Numbered from the stretch's first letter, positions 13,410 to 27,273 are shown. The stretch is DNA of 64,000 nucleotides from Lama glama (GCA_028534125.1 CM052818.1:8868001-8932000), one strand, 5' to 3'. The notes: a model not told the origin generated them from the sequence alone. A program made the numbers and translations.

Positions 13410-13545
13410 TATTACACATATGTTCTTTACCTGTTATGTTGTCTCAGTTTTCACAAAGGAGACTTTCTTTTGCATGGAGAGGCTGGCCTAAGAAAGCTCA
13501 ATGTTAACCTTTTTGCTGACTTTGAATGTGGGAGGACCCTAGACT

Positions 13546-13917
13546 ATATTGGTCCACTTGGGTTGCCATAGCAACCATAGACTGGTTGGCTTAAACAACA
13601 AAAACCTATTTCTCACAGTTCTGGAGGCTGGGAAGCCCAAGATCATGGTGCCGGCAAGGTAGGTTTCATTCTGAGCTCCTTCTTTTGGCCTGTGGGAAGC
13701 CTCGATGTGTGATCTCTTCTTCTTGTGTGCACACCAGGAGAGAGAGCTCTCTGATGCCTCTTCTTATGAGGGCACAAATTCCATCAGGAGGGCCCCACCC
13801 TCATGACCTCATCTAACCCTAACCACTTCCCAAAGGCCCCACCTCCAGATACCATCACACTGAGGGGATTGGGGCTTCCATCTGTGAGTTTGGAGGAGAC
13901 ACATCCAGTCCATAGCA
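13546..13917 (-). mobile_element. MLT1A/B-like MaLR LTR
   Basis: ggcttaaacaaca..tatttctcacagttctggaggctgggaag, ggccccaccctcatgacctcatctaacc, cagtccatagca. Confidence 0.85.
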
Positions 13918-16382
13918 GGGTCTCAGCCTTTGGGGCAGTCTCTTCAATTCCTAATCTCGTGATGTGAAATGACAACCAAGACCACATGTTGCATTCTCTA
14001 CTCTGCAAAGTTGCTCTCTTATCTCTCATGACTAGAACTAGAAATGCATATTTTAAATTATTACCTTAGTTTCTAAAGTTTTGTTGTTTTTCTTTTACAG
14101 TTCTCTTCAGATACTTCATTAGAATAGTAGGTAGTAGCATTCCTTTGAATTTCAAAAGTGTCTGCCAAATGGCCTTCTTTGAGAAAAAGAAATTCATGCT
14201 ACAGGAAGATGACAGTTAAGTTCCTCTCCATGGCTATCTAAAAATATCACAGAATGCTACATGTAAAAATGCATTAAAAATGCACAATGACGTTCTCTCC
14301 GCCCTTTTAAATCTCCATTTATGGACTGTGATTCATAAGGATGCTGTCACTGGAAAGCATAAAAATCAAGTTTCACCATGGCATTTTTATGACTACCAGG
14401 AATATATATATGTAAGACTGAATGATTCTTTCTCCTTTGGTCTTTTCTTTAATGTGTGATTATACTGTTGACTGTACAATCATTCGTGGAACAAGAGTAA
14501 ACAATGATAGCTAATAACACTGATGGAATTATCCACACGTGCCAGCAACTTGCCAAGGGCTTCCATTCCCTGTCTCTTCTAATCCTCACAAAGCCTCCTG
14601 AGGTAGATAGTATTATTATCTATGAAACCAGACACAAAAATTAATGTTAAGTATTTATAATTGCCTCCTTGCTCTCCTAAGAAGGTAGATTACATGGAGG
14701 TCTCTTTCTGTTTCTTGCTGGGGTGCTGTTGGGGAAAGGAAATAGAGAAGCCAGGAGAGAGGGCTACACTGGAGTAGAGAGATGGAGACTCTGAAGGGCT
14801 GTAGGAAGTAGAGATAAGAGGGGAGAGGGTAAAGAAAAAGTGAGGGCAGAGCTGAGGGGCGAGGAGGCTGGCCAGGGCTGGCAGGTGGGAGAGGAGGCAA
14901 GAGATAAAAGAGGAAAGTGTCAGGTCACTACAGAGGGTAGGAGAATGTGAGGAAAGAGTGGGATATTTGGAAAGGATTTTCCAAAGTTCTGGTACATGAA
15001 GTATATATTCCTTTTCTCATAGCTCCAGGAAAACCTCAGTGCATAATCTGCCATATTTCATCTAATCTAAGGCACCATGGACTGTACGATGTAATCAATG
15101 GCAAGATATATCATTTCATGTGCTAGGAAGGGAGGGAGGGAGGGAGGAAGGAAGAGAAAACTATCAATTGCAAGCCCCCATGGGTTGAAAACATGTACTA
15201 ATTTCAAAGAAATACAGTAGATTATTCTTTAATCCCGTTACATTCAGATTTATGGGTTTTTTCCCCCTTCTTTTTTATTTGTCAGCACAGTACGGAGCTA
15301 AGGCATGACCATCATTATTTGGTGAGGCCAGATCTGAGTTGCCCAGGAAGGCTTGGTTATATTTTTGTTAGATCCATTTCTCACATGAGAAAATTAAGCC
15401 TCAGAGAAGCTAAATTACATACCTCTGAGTTCACAGCTATTAAATGGAGAGCCAAAATTCCAACCCAAGTCAGCTTGATTCTGAAACCTGTGTTCTCTGC
15501 TTTTTAAGATACATAGTCAATAGTTGGCCAGTATTTTATTAAATCTGTAGTTAGCAACAAAAATAACTTGAATGAAAAAATAACAGCTTTATATAACATC
15601 TTTCACTTGTAGCTATGATTCAGAACCTCCTGCCCCATCTGGGGTAAATTGTGAGAAACCATGATTTGGGTTTTGTGATTCAAAAATTCCTTTCTCCTCT
15701 TTTCAAATGATCTTGAATCAAATAAGAGTAAGATGGTCAAATGTCCAAATATCCATCAGGAGGGTTTAAATTCAAAGCAGATACACCTCTACTAAGCAAG
15801 CATTTTCTCTCCAAAACAATGAAAGGGAAGTCTTTTTGTTATTTGCAGACATAGAAGAACATCAAGCTCTAGAAGCAAGATCCGAGGACAAGTTCTAAGA
15901 CCAAATATATGAAATGTGAATAGATGAGCAGACCATGAACACAGGAAAAACTGCTCAACCTCACCAACAATCACAAACATCCTGGACTCTCCAGATCCTA
16001 GCAGGTACCTGACCACATGGTTTTCCAGCACAACTGGCACTTTTAATGATCTGTGCATCTTTGCTCACCTGATCCTCCATCTGCCTCATGCCCCCCATCT
16101 TGCTTATCAAGATCATTCAAGGTGGCATCAAAAGCTGCCTTTTTTGGTGAATCCTTCCCAAATCCTCCAGTAGAATTAAGGGCTCTTTTTAGAATCTCCT
16201 GTAATAATTCTGATTTTCTTCCTCCTTATTTTACAGGGACTTGATGAAAGACCTCTCAGCTAGATTATGGGCTCTCTTAAGGCAGGCTGGAGGCATCATT
16301 TGCTTGTTCATTGGTCTGTTTTAGATGAAGTCATGTTTGTAGAGCTTGAGCACAGTGGCTGGTGTGTAATAGAGGAGTTGAC

Positions 16383-16897
16383 TGAGGTCCAGAGCAAGGG
16401 CCATCGTGAATATGCCACCCCAAATATGCCTCTTTGGCTTAAGGATCATTTTGAGCTCATCATTTTGAGAAACTGCAGACACAGGAGAAACACTGAAAAC
16501 AGAGTAGAAGTTACCCTTTCATAAGGGACATTTACGTTTACAAACGAAATCTCCACTTGTGGGGTGTCTCCCTCTCTTCACTCTAGGTCACAAGAGACTT
16601 ATCAGTGAAGAAGGCACTGACTTAAAGCCGTATAACAAAACTTACCCTTGTTTACCGTACATTTCCTGTCAGTCTCCCATAACTTACCTCCCCCCAACTT
16701 TTCTTCCTTTGTTTTAGCTGAAGATGACATTTAAGCTCAAGTTCTAGCCACCTCTTTGAGTTACTCTTCCCATATATATAAGATACTTGTTAATAAACTT
16801 CTGTTTCTTTTTCTCTTGTTAATCTGTCTTTTGTAACAGAGGCCCCAGCTGAAAACCTGGAAGTGAAGAAGGAAAAGATTTTTTTCCCTCCCCTATA
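16383..16897 (+). mobile_element. MER34/MER39-like ERV1 solo LTR
   Basis: gaatatgccaccccaaatatgcc start, aataaacttctg, end aaagatttttttccctccccta; related to the copy at 54623. Confidence 0.7.
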
Positions 16898-17189
16898 CCA
16901 CCTCGTTAATGGTGGAATCAGATGGAGCTGAGAACCACAGCCCCAGTCTTCCATAAAACACTGGCTCCTGCTGCCGCCCCCTTGGGTGCTCCAATAGCTA
17001 TTCTTGCTAACAACAAACATGCATAAAAAGCCCAAAAAGTTAGTACATAAGGAATAAAGGGAAACTTTGAGGGGGCAACGTTCTAGTCTTTTTTTTTTTC
17101 TTCAAAATTAATTACGGAAATTGTCAAATCATTGAATCAAAAAATTGAAATGGATAATAGAATAAACTTTATGTATATTTATCTGTTGT

Positions 17190-17970
17190 TAACATTTTTG
17201 CCCTTTTTTTATTTTTGGCTGAATAATATGAAAATAAATTTTACCGCAAAACACTTCACCGCTAATTATTTCAGCATGCATCTCTTAAAAATGACATTTG
17301 CCTACAAAACCATAATGATATTATCAATGGTAATAAAAATACTTTCCTAACATCATCTAATGTCCAGTTCAAATTGCCCCCCAACTGTCCCACAAATGTC
17401 TTAAAGCTCGGTTTTGTTTTGTTTTTCCAACTAGGATCTAACTGAGGTTTATACATTGCATTTGGTTCTTTAGCTTCTGTTAATATAGAATAATCCTCAC
17501 TATTTTATTATTTATGACACTGAGTTTTGAAAGATCCAGGTCATAGTCTCACAGAAGGCCCCCTGTCTGGCTGTGCGCACCAGATGCTGTCTAACTTGTT
17601 TCTCTGGCACCTGTGTTTCCTACTGAAAACAGGTAGAGGTTCGGTAATTCAGGTTAAGCCTTTTTTTTTTTTTTTTTAAACAGGGGAGCTATTTGGTTTA
17701 TATATTTATTTTTAGAGGAAGTACTGGGGATATGAACCCAGGACCTCATGCAAGCTAAGCATGTGCTCTACCACTTTAGTTATAACCTCCCCCCTCCCAC
17801 CCAGGGTAAGCCTTTTTGATAAAACTGTTTCACAGGTGGCCCTTTATATTTCATAGAATCCACCAGAATGCATATGTCGGATGTTCCACTCTTGGTGACT
17901 AGGCTGGAGTGCATGGTTAACATGCTGATCAGCAGGTATCTCCCTTTGCAATGAATAAGTAACTTGGGGA
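17190..17970 (-). mobile_element. L1MC-like 3' fragment, interrupted by a SINE
   Basis: aactgtcccacaaatgtc, aggatctaact..cattgcatttgg, gacactgagttttgaaagatccagg. Confidence 0.55.
17661..17801 (-). mobile_element. vic-1-like SINE, full length, with TSD
   Basis: Reverse-complement SINE body; flanking direct repeat caggttaagcc (17650) / cagggtaagcc (17802). Confidence 0.88.
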
Positions 17971-18917
17971 GTGACACCCTGTTCTGCCTCGTTCACTTTT
18001 GTAGCTCTCAGTTCCTAGCTCTGGCCAACCCCAGTAGATGCGTGAGTTTTACCTTGGTCCTACAAACTAGAGTTGAGCACAAGCACCCAGATCTCACCAA
18101 GGCATTTCCTTTAACGGACTACCCTGGAGTAACCGAGACCCTGCAGCTCCGAGAGAAGGCAGTAGAGATCCCGGCGCAGGTGCAGAGGGGTAAGCTTCCT
18201 CTGCAGATGCCTCGCGCTGAACTCCCAGACCCACACTAAGTGCTTGGGAAGAGCTGCTTTCTGTCAGAGACTGCTGGGGGCGGCTACCCAGAACATGGTA
18301 GAAGGCAGAAAAACAAAGATTTTAAAAGCTGTCATTTCAAAGCTGGGAACAGTTTTCTGCCTGCAATAAGGAAAAAAAATCTTTTTTTCTTGGAAAACCA
18401 CCTGCCTCTCTCGTTAATGTTATGCAAATGTTAAGCAGAAAATGAGCTAAATTGCTTATTATAATGTAAAAGGGTGTCTAATGTTTTTGCAGAGTCAAAT
18501 TTCTTCAGTTTGTTAGGAGAAATATGATTTTGTTGTTTTTGTTTTGGGGTATGTATGTGCGCGCGCGCACACGTGTATTGACTAAGCATGGTTTGAAAAT
18601 TTTCTGCATGTTAGTGTGGATCTTTACTGGGATGAACACATTATCCAAAAGTTTCTTGGTTCCTGGAATTCTTAAATACCTTAAACCTTTTAGCAATAAA
18701 GATGGGGAACAGTCCACTAATCTCTACTTATCTCAAAACAAATATAAATCCCCCTTCCCAAGCCCCGGGGGCAGACAATGCACCCTAAGGATTCACTCTC
18801 CGTAGGGTCTTGGGCAGCACTGGGACTGATTCTGCATGGTTGGATGTGGTTGTAGCCCAGGGCCAAGATATCAAAGTCTTGTCATCTTTATTAATTAAAT
18901 GTTTTCACCTTAAGAAT

Positions 18918-19026
18918 ATAAAAACAAATATATGTATATTTATGCATGTATGTGTACACATGATTGGGACATTGTGCTGTACACCAGAAATTGACACATT
19001 GTAACTGATGGTACTTCAATTTAAAA
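18918..19026 (+). mobile_element. Short 5'-truncated artiodactyl-type L1 3' end with long TSD
   Basis: tgtgctgtacaccagaaattgacacattgtaactga..tacttcaatttaaaaaaa, flanked by AAATGTTTTCACCTTAAGAAT at 18897 and 19027. Confidence 0.8.
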
Positions 19027-19047
19027 AAATGTTTTCACCTTAAGAAT

Positions 19048-19390
19048 TTATCTATTAAGATAGTCATATAGTTTTTCTTTTTGAATTTGTTAATACGGTG
19101 ACTTAAATTGATAGAATAAATCCTACCTGGTCATAATTATCCTTTTTAGCTACTGTTGGATTCAATTTGTTAAAATTCTGTTTAGAATTTTTGCATCTAT
19201 GATTATGCTAAATATTGGTCTGTGGTTTTCTTGCAATGTCTTTGCCCAGTTTTGATATCAGAGCAATGGTGGTCACATTAAATGAGATGGGAAGTGTCCC
19301 TTCCTCTTCAATTTCCTTGAAGAGTATTTGTGAAATTGGTATTGTTTCTCCCTGAAACACTCAGTAGAATTCACCAGTAAAACCAGCTGA
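19048..19390 (-). mobile_element. Old L1M ORF2 fragment
   Basis: gaatttttgcatctat, aatgagatgggaagtgtcccttcctcttc, tagaattcaccagtaaaacca. Confidence 0.75.
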
Positions 19391-19492
19391 CCCTGCCTGT
19401 ATGTAAGACTCAGCTGGGCTCAGAGTGGAGAAAGTAGGAAGAAGGAATCCCAATCTCTGCAACAAGGAATCTTCTCTCCTGCTTGATGGGAA

Positions 19493-20825
19493 TGGGAGCA
19501 GATCGAGGCTTTGTGGACCCTGAAGCTGACATAATTTTGTGACCCTCTTAAGAGAAAAAACAAAACTCCAAATACACATAAATTTTTTTCTTAAAATAAG
19601 GAAATTACAACAAATTAAAAATTGTATAAAGAGTAGGAATAAAGGAATCCTAACTCCCCAATTACAGATTTTCATAAACTGCCTAAGACCCTTCTATAAT
19701 GCGTTTTCCCTACATGTTTTGGTCTCCACACTCTGATTGTACCTCACAGAACAACATTTTTGTGAAATGATTTTTTTTTTAGAGAGAGAAGAGAAGGATC
19801 ATTCAGTCTTTCCTCTACCATGTTTGATTAAAACTTTCTTTTCATGGATGGTTTAGAAAAACCATCATTTCAGCTTCGTAATTCATTTGTAATGCCATGT
19901 ATATTGTTAGGATTCTTCCCAAATTTGGGGAAAACTATCAAGTTCCTCCCACATAGGAGCTATAACTAGTTTTAAGAACTTTCAAGTTTTCTTATTCAGT
20001 GAATCATATTATTCTTTGAATTGACTACATTTATCACCCAGTTTGCCTCCAACATCCTCATAGTGGCTTATTATGAGCTTTAGGTTATGTCAGTATCTCA
20101 TATCAGAACAGCAGAAACTTAGGCAGACTCTACATAGAGGTGCGTGGGAGAGGCCATTTCAGGCAAAGGGTGAAGCATGAGCACAGGCGGGCCCAGCAAA
20201 GACGGAAGTTCCATGAATCAAGAAAAGGGTACAGGGATGGTGGCAATGGGTGATAACAACAGGGTGTTTGACTAGGTCGGAAAGTGAAAAATAGTGTCAA
20301 ATGTAGCAAATATCTGAAGACAGACTCTCATGCCTTAAGTTAAGGAATCAAGCCGTTGATGAACCACTGAGAAAATGAAAGTCAGTGTAGTCTAGCATTA
20401 AATCCATGAGAGGAGCCTTGGACTGAATCCTAAGTTTGCCAAGTACCAGCCTGGGGAACTTCGCTAGTGACAATGTGACTCTACACAGAAGGACTGCAAA
20501 CCGCATGCATGTATATCTCTCAGTCCCACAAAATGTCTCTCCCAATCAACTTCTGCTTAGTCAGATCCAGTCAGATCCTCAAAATGTCCCCACTCATTGC
20601 TACACCACCAGACTCAAGAGGAAATACGAGGGAGGGAAAGCTGAAGTAGTAAGAGGCACCAGCCCTGACTGATTTCAGTTAAAATATTTTCTGTCCACTT
20701 TACAAAAACGTATGACTATGTGAACATACTGCTTAAGACTTTCCCAGGGCTGTGCAAGGGGATTAGGCAAGTAAGGGGCCCAGAAATTTAAATCTCACTA
20801 GTTTCCTAGTCGATCTATCTCTTGG
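19493..20825. mobile_element. hAT-Tip100 (Zaphod/MER115-like) remnant with both termini
   Basis: Left end gcagatcgaggctttgtggaccctgaagctgacataattttgtgaccctcttaag and right end caagtaaggggcccagaaatttaaatctcactag resemble Zaphod ends as I remember them. Confidence 0.45.
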
Positions 20826-20856
20826 TGGAGAGCATAAAACAAAACACATGCACAAT

Positions 20857-21300
20857 GTATCATTTATCTCCTGTTGAGTAACAAATCATACCAAAACTTA
20901 GTGCTTCCACATACATTTATTATCTCACAGTTTCTAAGGGTCAGGAATCTGGGCACAGCTGAGTTGGGTCCTCTGCTTTTGGTCTCTCAACAAGGCTGCA
21001 CCCACAATCTGTTGGTCTAGGGTCTGCAGCCTCACCTGCAGGCTCCACTGGGAAGAAGCAGCTTTGAAGCCCATTCATGTGGTTGTTGGCAGGACCCACT
21101 TCCTTGAGGCCTGTTACAGGCCTCGTTTCCCAGAGGCCACTCTCAGTTCCTTGCCACACAGTCCTTTCCAACGGGACAACTTGCTCTATTAGAACTACCA
21201 AAAGAGAGAGTCTGCTAACCGGAAACCACTTATAACCTAATCGTGGAAGTGACATCTCATTATCCTTGCTGTATTCCATTGTTTAGAAGCAAATCTCTAA
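20857..21300 (-). mobile_element. MLT1D/E-like MaLR LTR
   Basis: taacaaatcataccaaaacttagtg, atttattatctcacagtttct..ggtcaggaatctgggcacagc, ccattgtttagaagcaa. Confidence 0.8.
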
Positions 21301-21734
21301 GTTTAGACGCTTGGAACCTCCATGGAGAAGCTGGTCCCTGGAATAATTTTCTGTCTCCTTCCACTGGCAGGGACACTGGGCAGGACTTGACCCAGATGGT
21401 TGGCCTACAGGGTGGGGCAGAAATAAGGAGTATTTGTTACCCACTGTGGCTGTAGGCAGGGCTGGAGATTGAATGGCTGACTCCAGTCAAATATCTCATA
21501 CTGAGATTCAAGTCCCAAAATGAGTCTTTCAAAGCAGGACTGGGACATACATCAAAGCTAAGAGCAGAGGCACACAGGAGTTGGAGGACAGGACAAGAGT
21601 GATCCAGGTAGTCCTTGAGGTTAGTGACTGGCCCCTGTGGCCAGGTGTTTACTATCCTCAGGTTATTCTTGAGTGGGGGTTTGAGTCCATGTAGGGGGCC
21701 AGGATAAGACAGACAGAAAGGATATAAGAGCCAG

Positions 21735-22365
21735 TAGGGGGATGAGTGAAATGGGTGAGGGAGATTAAAAGGTACAAGCTTCCAGTTACAAAAAAAAATG
21801 AGCCATGTGGATGACGTGTACAGTGTGGAGAATACAGTCATTAGTAATGTAATAACTTTGTATGGGGACAAATGGTAACTAGACTTATCTGGTGATCATT
21901 TTGTAACATATATAGACAGCAAATCACTGTGTTGTGTACCAGGAACTAACATAGTGCTGTAGGTCAATTACACTTCAAAAAACAAACTCATAGAAAAAGA
22001 GATCAGATTTGTGATTGCTACTAGAGGGTAGGGGGAGAGGGAATTGGATGAAGGTGGTCCAAAGGTACAAACTTCCAGTTACAAGACAAAAAGTACTAGG
22101 GACGTAATGTACAACATGATAAAATATAATTAACACAGCTGTCTGTTAGGTATGGAAGTTGTTAGGAGACTAAGTCCTAAGTGTTCTCATCAAAGAAAAG
22201 CCCATATTTCTTTTTCTTTTGTTTTGTATTTTTATGAGATTATGGATGTTTACTGAACTTATTGTGGTGATCATCTCATGATGTAAGTCAAATTATTATG
22301 CTGTACACCTTGCACTTATACAATGCTGTCTTTCAATTATATCTCAATAAAATTGGAAGAAAAAA
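21735..22365 (+). mobile_element. L1MA8/9-like 3'UTR
   Basis: aaaggtacaa(g/a)cttccagttacaa present twice, gtggtgatcat, tatgctgtacacctt, tcaattatatctcaataaa. Confidence 0.85.
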
Positions 22366-23382
22366 TATTCAGGTAAAAAGCGCCCCACCCAAAATAAAAT
22401 AAACATTAAAGAGTTAGCAGTGATGTGGAACAAACACTTCTCTGCTTGCTCTTCCTTTCCTCTCTGGAGACCTTTTGATTGTCACGCTAACTTTTCTTCC
22501 TCCAACAAATACCACCACGTTCATCTATTCATTATTCAACAGCTCTCTACTGAGCTCCTATTATGGACAAAATACAGGGGAAACACAACAGATACCTGCC
22601 CCTGTGGAACTTTTCACCTACTTTCCCATGAAAACCGAGTGGAAGAGAACAAAGATTAAATTCAAACCAAATCAGTCAATCTGGTACAAAAGCTTAAGAA
22701 AAACACTGGAAATCTGAAACTATGATCTATTGGCTCCCATACGTCTTCCTTCAACAAATGTTACTATGTTCACGCATTTATTCAACAACTACCTCCTGCG
22801 CTCCGATCCGTGGGCGGGTGCAGAGGCGAACAAGACAGACACACCCCCAACCCTGTGGAGCTTCTCTTTTGGAGGATGGGAGACAACAGGCAGACAGATG
22901 TCAGTGTCCTGAAGACAAGAAAGTGGAGGAACAGGACAGCAGGCACCAGGGACTCGGGGACAAACAGGACAGACTCGGCCTCATCGCGGGTGAGCCCCTG
23001 TCTAACAGGGTGACAGATGGGAGGGCAGCAAAGGGACTGTGCCAGGAGAATGGCAGCCTTCGCCCCTACTGCACCCCTGTTTCCAAGCAACCAGCTCACA
23101 GACAGGCAGGGGTCTCAGGGCACTGTGGAATCAGAATGATAGAATTTCAGCATCAGAAGAGACGAGGCCTTTGATTTGTCACCAGAACTGGGAAGAAGCG
23201 TATGGACACCTGAGGGGAAGTGTTAAAAAGACAGTTCTCATGGACAGTAATCCTCGGAGAGCCCAACGTGTCTGCTGCTGGTATTGGAGGAACAGTCTGA
23301 TTCGACCGATTTGGTCTGTTTTGTGTAACACTTGGTATTGAGGCCCCGCTTTACCTTTCTTTTTTTCTTCAATATGGTGACT

Positions 23383-23610
23383 TTTTTTTTTCAGTAACAA
23401 CTTTATTGAGATATAACTCATATACCACACAAATCACCCATTTGAAGTATACAGATCAATAGCTTTTAGCATATTCACAGGGGTGGGCAGCATCACCACA
23501 GTGAATTTCAGATGATTTTCATCATCCCCAAAAGAAACTGCACACCCTTTATCACTCCCCGTCTTCCTCCACTGTCACCTCCAGCCCTAGGCTATCACTG
23601 ACCTGCTTCA
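23383..23610 (-). mobile_element. L1MB 3' end
   Basis: ctttattgagatataactcatatacca..aaatcacccatttgaagtataca, ttcatcatccccaaaagaaa, ccagccctagg. Confidence 0.85.
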
Positions 23611-26289
23611 CCTTCCACTGCTGCTTTGAAATGGAAAGGCCACATGATCTAGGAGCCTCAGTCTTCTCACCTAACTGTGTATCTTCTTGGTGGTCACACA
23701 TCTGCAGCAACTAACACTGTGGGTCCATGAGCAGGACACCAGGCTCTCTCTGCACAGTGAAGTGCCAGGGTGGGGCTGGGGTCTGACTCTCAGATGACAA
23801 AACCCGAGTGGAGTAGCTGATGGAAGGGGGAAAAAAAGTCTCTAGACAGTGGGGTCAAAGGCCAAAGGACAAATACAAGCTCACGGCTGGGGACCTGGGC
23901 AGAGATGCCCCAGCACTGGTGGCACTTCCTGGGACTGCGACGGCCTTGCTCATCCTCCTCTGGAGGGTCTGGGGAGACAGTCCCGCAGCAGGGTAGAGCC
24001 GCTGCACTTTGGAGTCAGACACGCCAAGCAGACATTCTGGCTCCCCACTTGCTAACTGTGTGTCTCTTTCCTCACCTGTGAGCTGAAGGAGGAAACCACG
24101 GCGGGGCTCTGCGGTCACAGGGCGCAGACACCCTGAACCTCCCTCCCTGCAGCCAGCATGCTTGTCACACAGCTGGACACCTGCCACTCCCTCTGAGGCA
24201 TGGAGGTCTCACCTCTCAACACCTGCCAGCATCAAGCACGTTTTCAGGGGTGGCTACGTGGACTATGAAAGCAGGGGACCGTCGGTGAGTGGTCTCAGGC
24301 CCAGGAGAACCCTGGACAGTGGGGAGCACAGAGCTTCCTAGAAAGCGCCCATCCACCTCCCCCTCCTGGCTAGGCCGGGCTGCTCGTTACCCCACCGTGG
24401 AGCTGCCGGGGTCAGAACCCAGGCTCTCCCACTACCAACCATAGACCCCACACAGCCCAGCTGCACCCCACACACGGGCTGTACAGGCAGCTAAGCCCTG
24501 ACCAAACTCTTCCCGAGCTGCTAGCATCTTCTTCCAAGGAACTGGATTTCACACATGCAAACACACGCATGCATGCCTCTTCCTTTTCTTTTTTGGCTCT
24601 TCACGTGTCAGCAGAGCAAACACTTATAAACTGAGCCTATAAACTTGACCCTGATAGAGAATCTGTAAACTCTCTCATCCAGGGATCTCCAGCCCAGCAC
24701 TGGACACACTGTGGGAGAACGGAAAGATGACTTCTTACTCCCAGCTCCTGCTTCCTAAGTTTTTCCACCCAGATTCTTTGACCTAAGACAAGTATATCAG
24801 CTCCCATCCTCAGCTGCCTAGTGGGAGCAGCCAACTTGAAGTCGGGTGCCTTGATGTAGGAGTCTGGAGGCATCCTCAGCTGGGCTCAGCCTAGAACTCA
24901 GGGCAGGATCTAAGCTTCTTGGGTCACTCAGGACCAAGAAAGCCAGCTCCAGCGAGCCTGAGAGCAAAGGGAACCACTGCCTCACATAGCCGGGAAGGAC
25001 AGGGGTGGACGTGGACCCAGGGCTCCGAGGCACCCACGTGTCACCATTGCTCTCTCCACCCCCTCTGCCTGCAGCCACATGTGCACCCTTATTCTTTCCC
25101 TCTGCCGGTGGGAAGCTTCCTGCGGAGAGTCAGGGAGCTGGTGGGGGAACTGCCTCAGCCCTCTCCCGGCCCGGAAAGGACTCCTGTGGGCCCTGGGGGA
25201 AGGGGGTCAGGTGCCCAGCCCTCCTGTCCTGAGGCTCAGTCTGCCGCCTAGAGGAGAAGGATGGAGGGGTGCATGCTGCAGGCAAAAGTAGTGTTTAAAC
25301 AGGCCCCTGGATGGCAGATATTTTCAAACATGGGAACTTCATTTCTGTGTCAAAATAAAGCCCGAGTGTTCTCAAGTAGGGGAAGAGTCTGGAGGCCAAG
25401 AAGTCTGCCAAGAAGAGCCATTCTGTAAATAAAGCCGTGTGTGCCAGAAGGACAAGGAACCTCCTGGAAAGCAACCCGCAGCAGGCATCCTGGCGCACAG
25501 GCATCTCCTGACCTTGGCCGAGGAGCCCCTGCTCTCGTCTAGAGGGAACCACGGTGGCTCTAACTCGGGCAGCCTTGCGCAGAGCAGGAAGCAGGGGCTC
25601 TCCCACAGCGGGTCTTGGAGCACCCTCCGCCCTGCACCTGAGTCTCCTCCGCCGGTGTGACCCCGAGGGTGGCTCAGTGCAGCAACCCACCCTTCAATGG
25701 AAAAAGCTCCGCTTTCTACCCGAGGAGGTCTCCCTCTGGCTCATTCCTGTTCCACACGTCAGCTAGGTTGGGGGGGGGTCTCTTCTTCAGCCTGTCCCTC
25801 CAGGTCCACGAGGAGTATGACCTTGGGTTCTCGGGTTCTGGTTCAGATTCCACCCCAAGGGATATGGGCCAGCAGGGCGCCCCCAACCAAGGTCACCTCT
25901 AAAGCAAGCACACCGTGCAAAGACTGATGAGCCCTTCCTCCTGTCATCACGATGTCCCCCTCACCCTGGAGTAGCGGTAGACTCTTGCCCCACCCTGACC
26001 CCCACGTGCCAAGATGCATCCTTCTCAAGGCCGCAGATATTCTGAATGAGGAATCCAATTCCAATGTGAGGAAAGGACCAGGACGGGTGTGATCAGCAGG
26101 GGATGCAGAGGATAATGAAGGGAAAAGAAGCAATGCCAGAGGAAAACCAGCGACAGAAAGGGGCCAGAGGCAGCAGTAATGGTGACGATGAAGAAAAAAC
26201 ACAACAGCGCCTTCAACGAGCACTCATGACACACCAGATTCTAAATGCTTCACATGCACCAACTCAGTTATTTGACAGAATTTCAAGTG

Positions 26290-26865
26290 GACAAATGTCC
26301 TCCGAGACATTTCTTAACTGCAAAGAGAAAGATAGTACCTTACAGAGGAGAAACCCGGTGAACAAGGTTAAATATGCCAGGAATAGGACATATTGACCCC
26401 AGGAGCCCCTGACATGAGGCACTGAGGACAAAACATCGCTTCTGTGGTGTTCTCGCCAAAAATACATAACCTCGTGCTAATCATAAGAAAACATCAGACA
26501 AGTCCAAACTGAGGGACATTTGACAAATAACCAGTACTCTTCAAAAGTATTAAAGTCATGACAGGCTAGGAAAGGTTTAGAAACCAGTAGATTGGAGGAG
26601 GCCAAGGAAAAACAATTAAATGCAATGTGAGCCTTAAACGAGATTCTAGAAATGGACATTAATGGCAAAAACTCATAAAATTCCAATAAGGTCTGTATTG
26701 TAGGTAACAGACAGACAATATCGGTTTCCTGTTGTTGTTCGGTCTGATGTTCATTTTGATCCCTGTGACACAGTTACGTAAAATGTTAACATAAGGGAAA
26801 GGTGGGTAGAGATACACAGGTACTCTCTACAACTTTTCTGTAAGTCAAAAATTAATTCAAAATTA
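26290..26865 (+). mobile_element. L1MC 3' region
   Basis: acatcgcttctgtggtgttc, aatcataagaaaacatcagacaagtccaaactgagggacatt, caacttttctgtaagtc. Confidence 0.8.
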
Positions 26866-27273
26866 ACATTTTCAAATTATTTCTGAATTTAAAGTTTCTA
26901 AGTGCAAGATTCCACAAACAAATCAATCTCATCTCAGAACAGTAACTTGTTGGGTTGGTCTCCCAATGAAGAAAAATGCCCAGACTTTGAATAAAGCAAA
27001 AAACATTTTCAATGTTCACCATATTATTAAAAATCTGCCACAGCTAGGTTTTTTTAATTGCTATCCTATCTCCTATGTGTCGAGCAGGTAGTCAGTGGGG
27101 TGGGGGCCCGTACCAATTTCTGGAGGTGTGACCAACTAGACAGGACGTGAAAGGCTCGTCCTCCGCCTTGCGGGCCAGCAGGCTCTCCCTGGGGCTGTTC
27201 CGCATCTTCTGTTTGTCTTGTTTGTCTACTTCTTCAATCCAGTAGGACTCCGTGTGTGAGAAGTTTCTCCAGC

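Noticed and set aside
21765..22085. Direct repeat aaaggtacaa(g/a)cttccagttacaa ~290 bp apart
   Set aside because: Appears to be an internal feature of this L1 3'UTR type, not a separate array.
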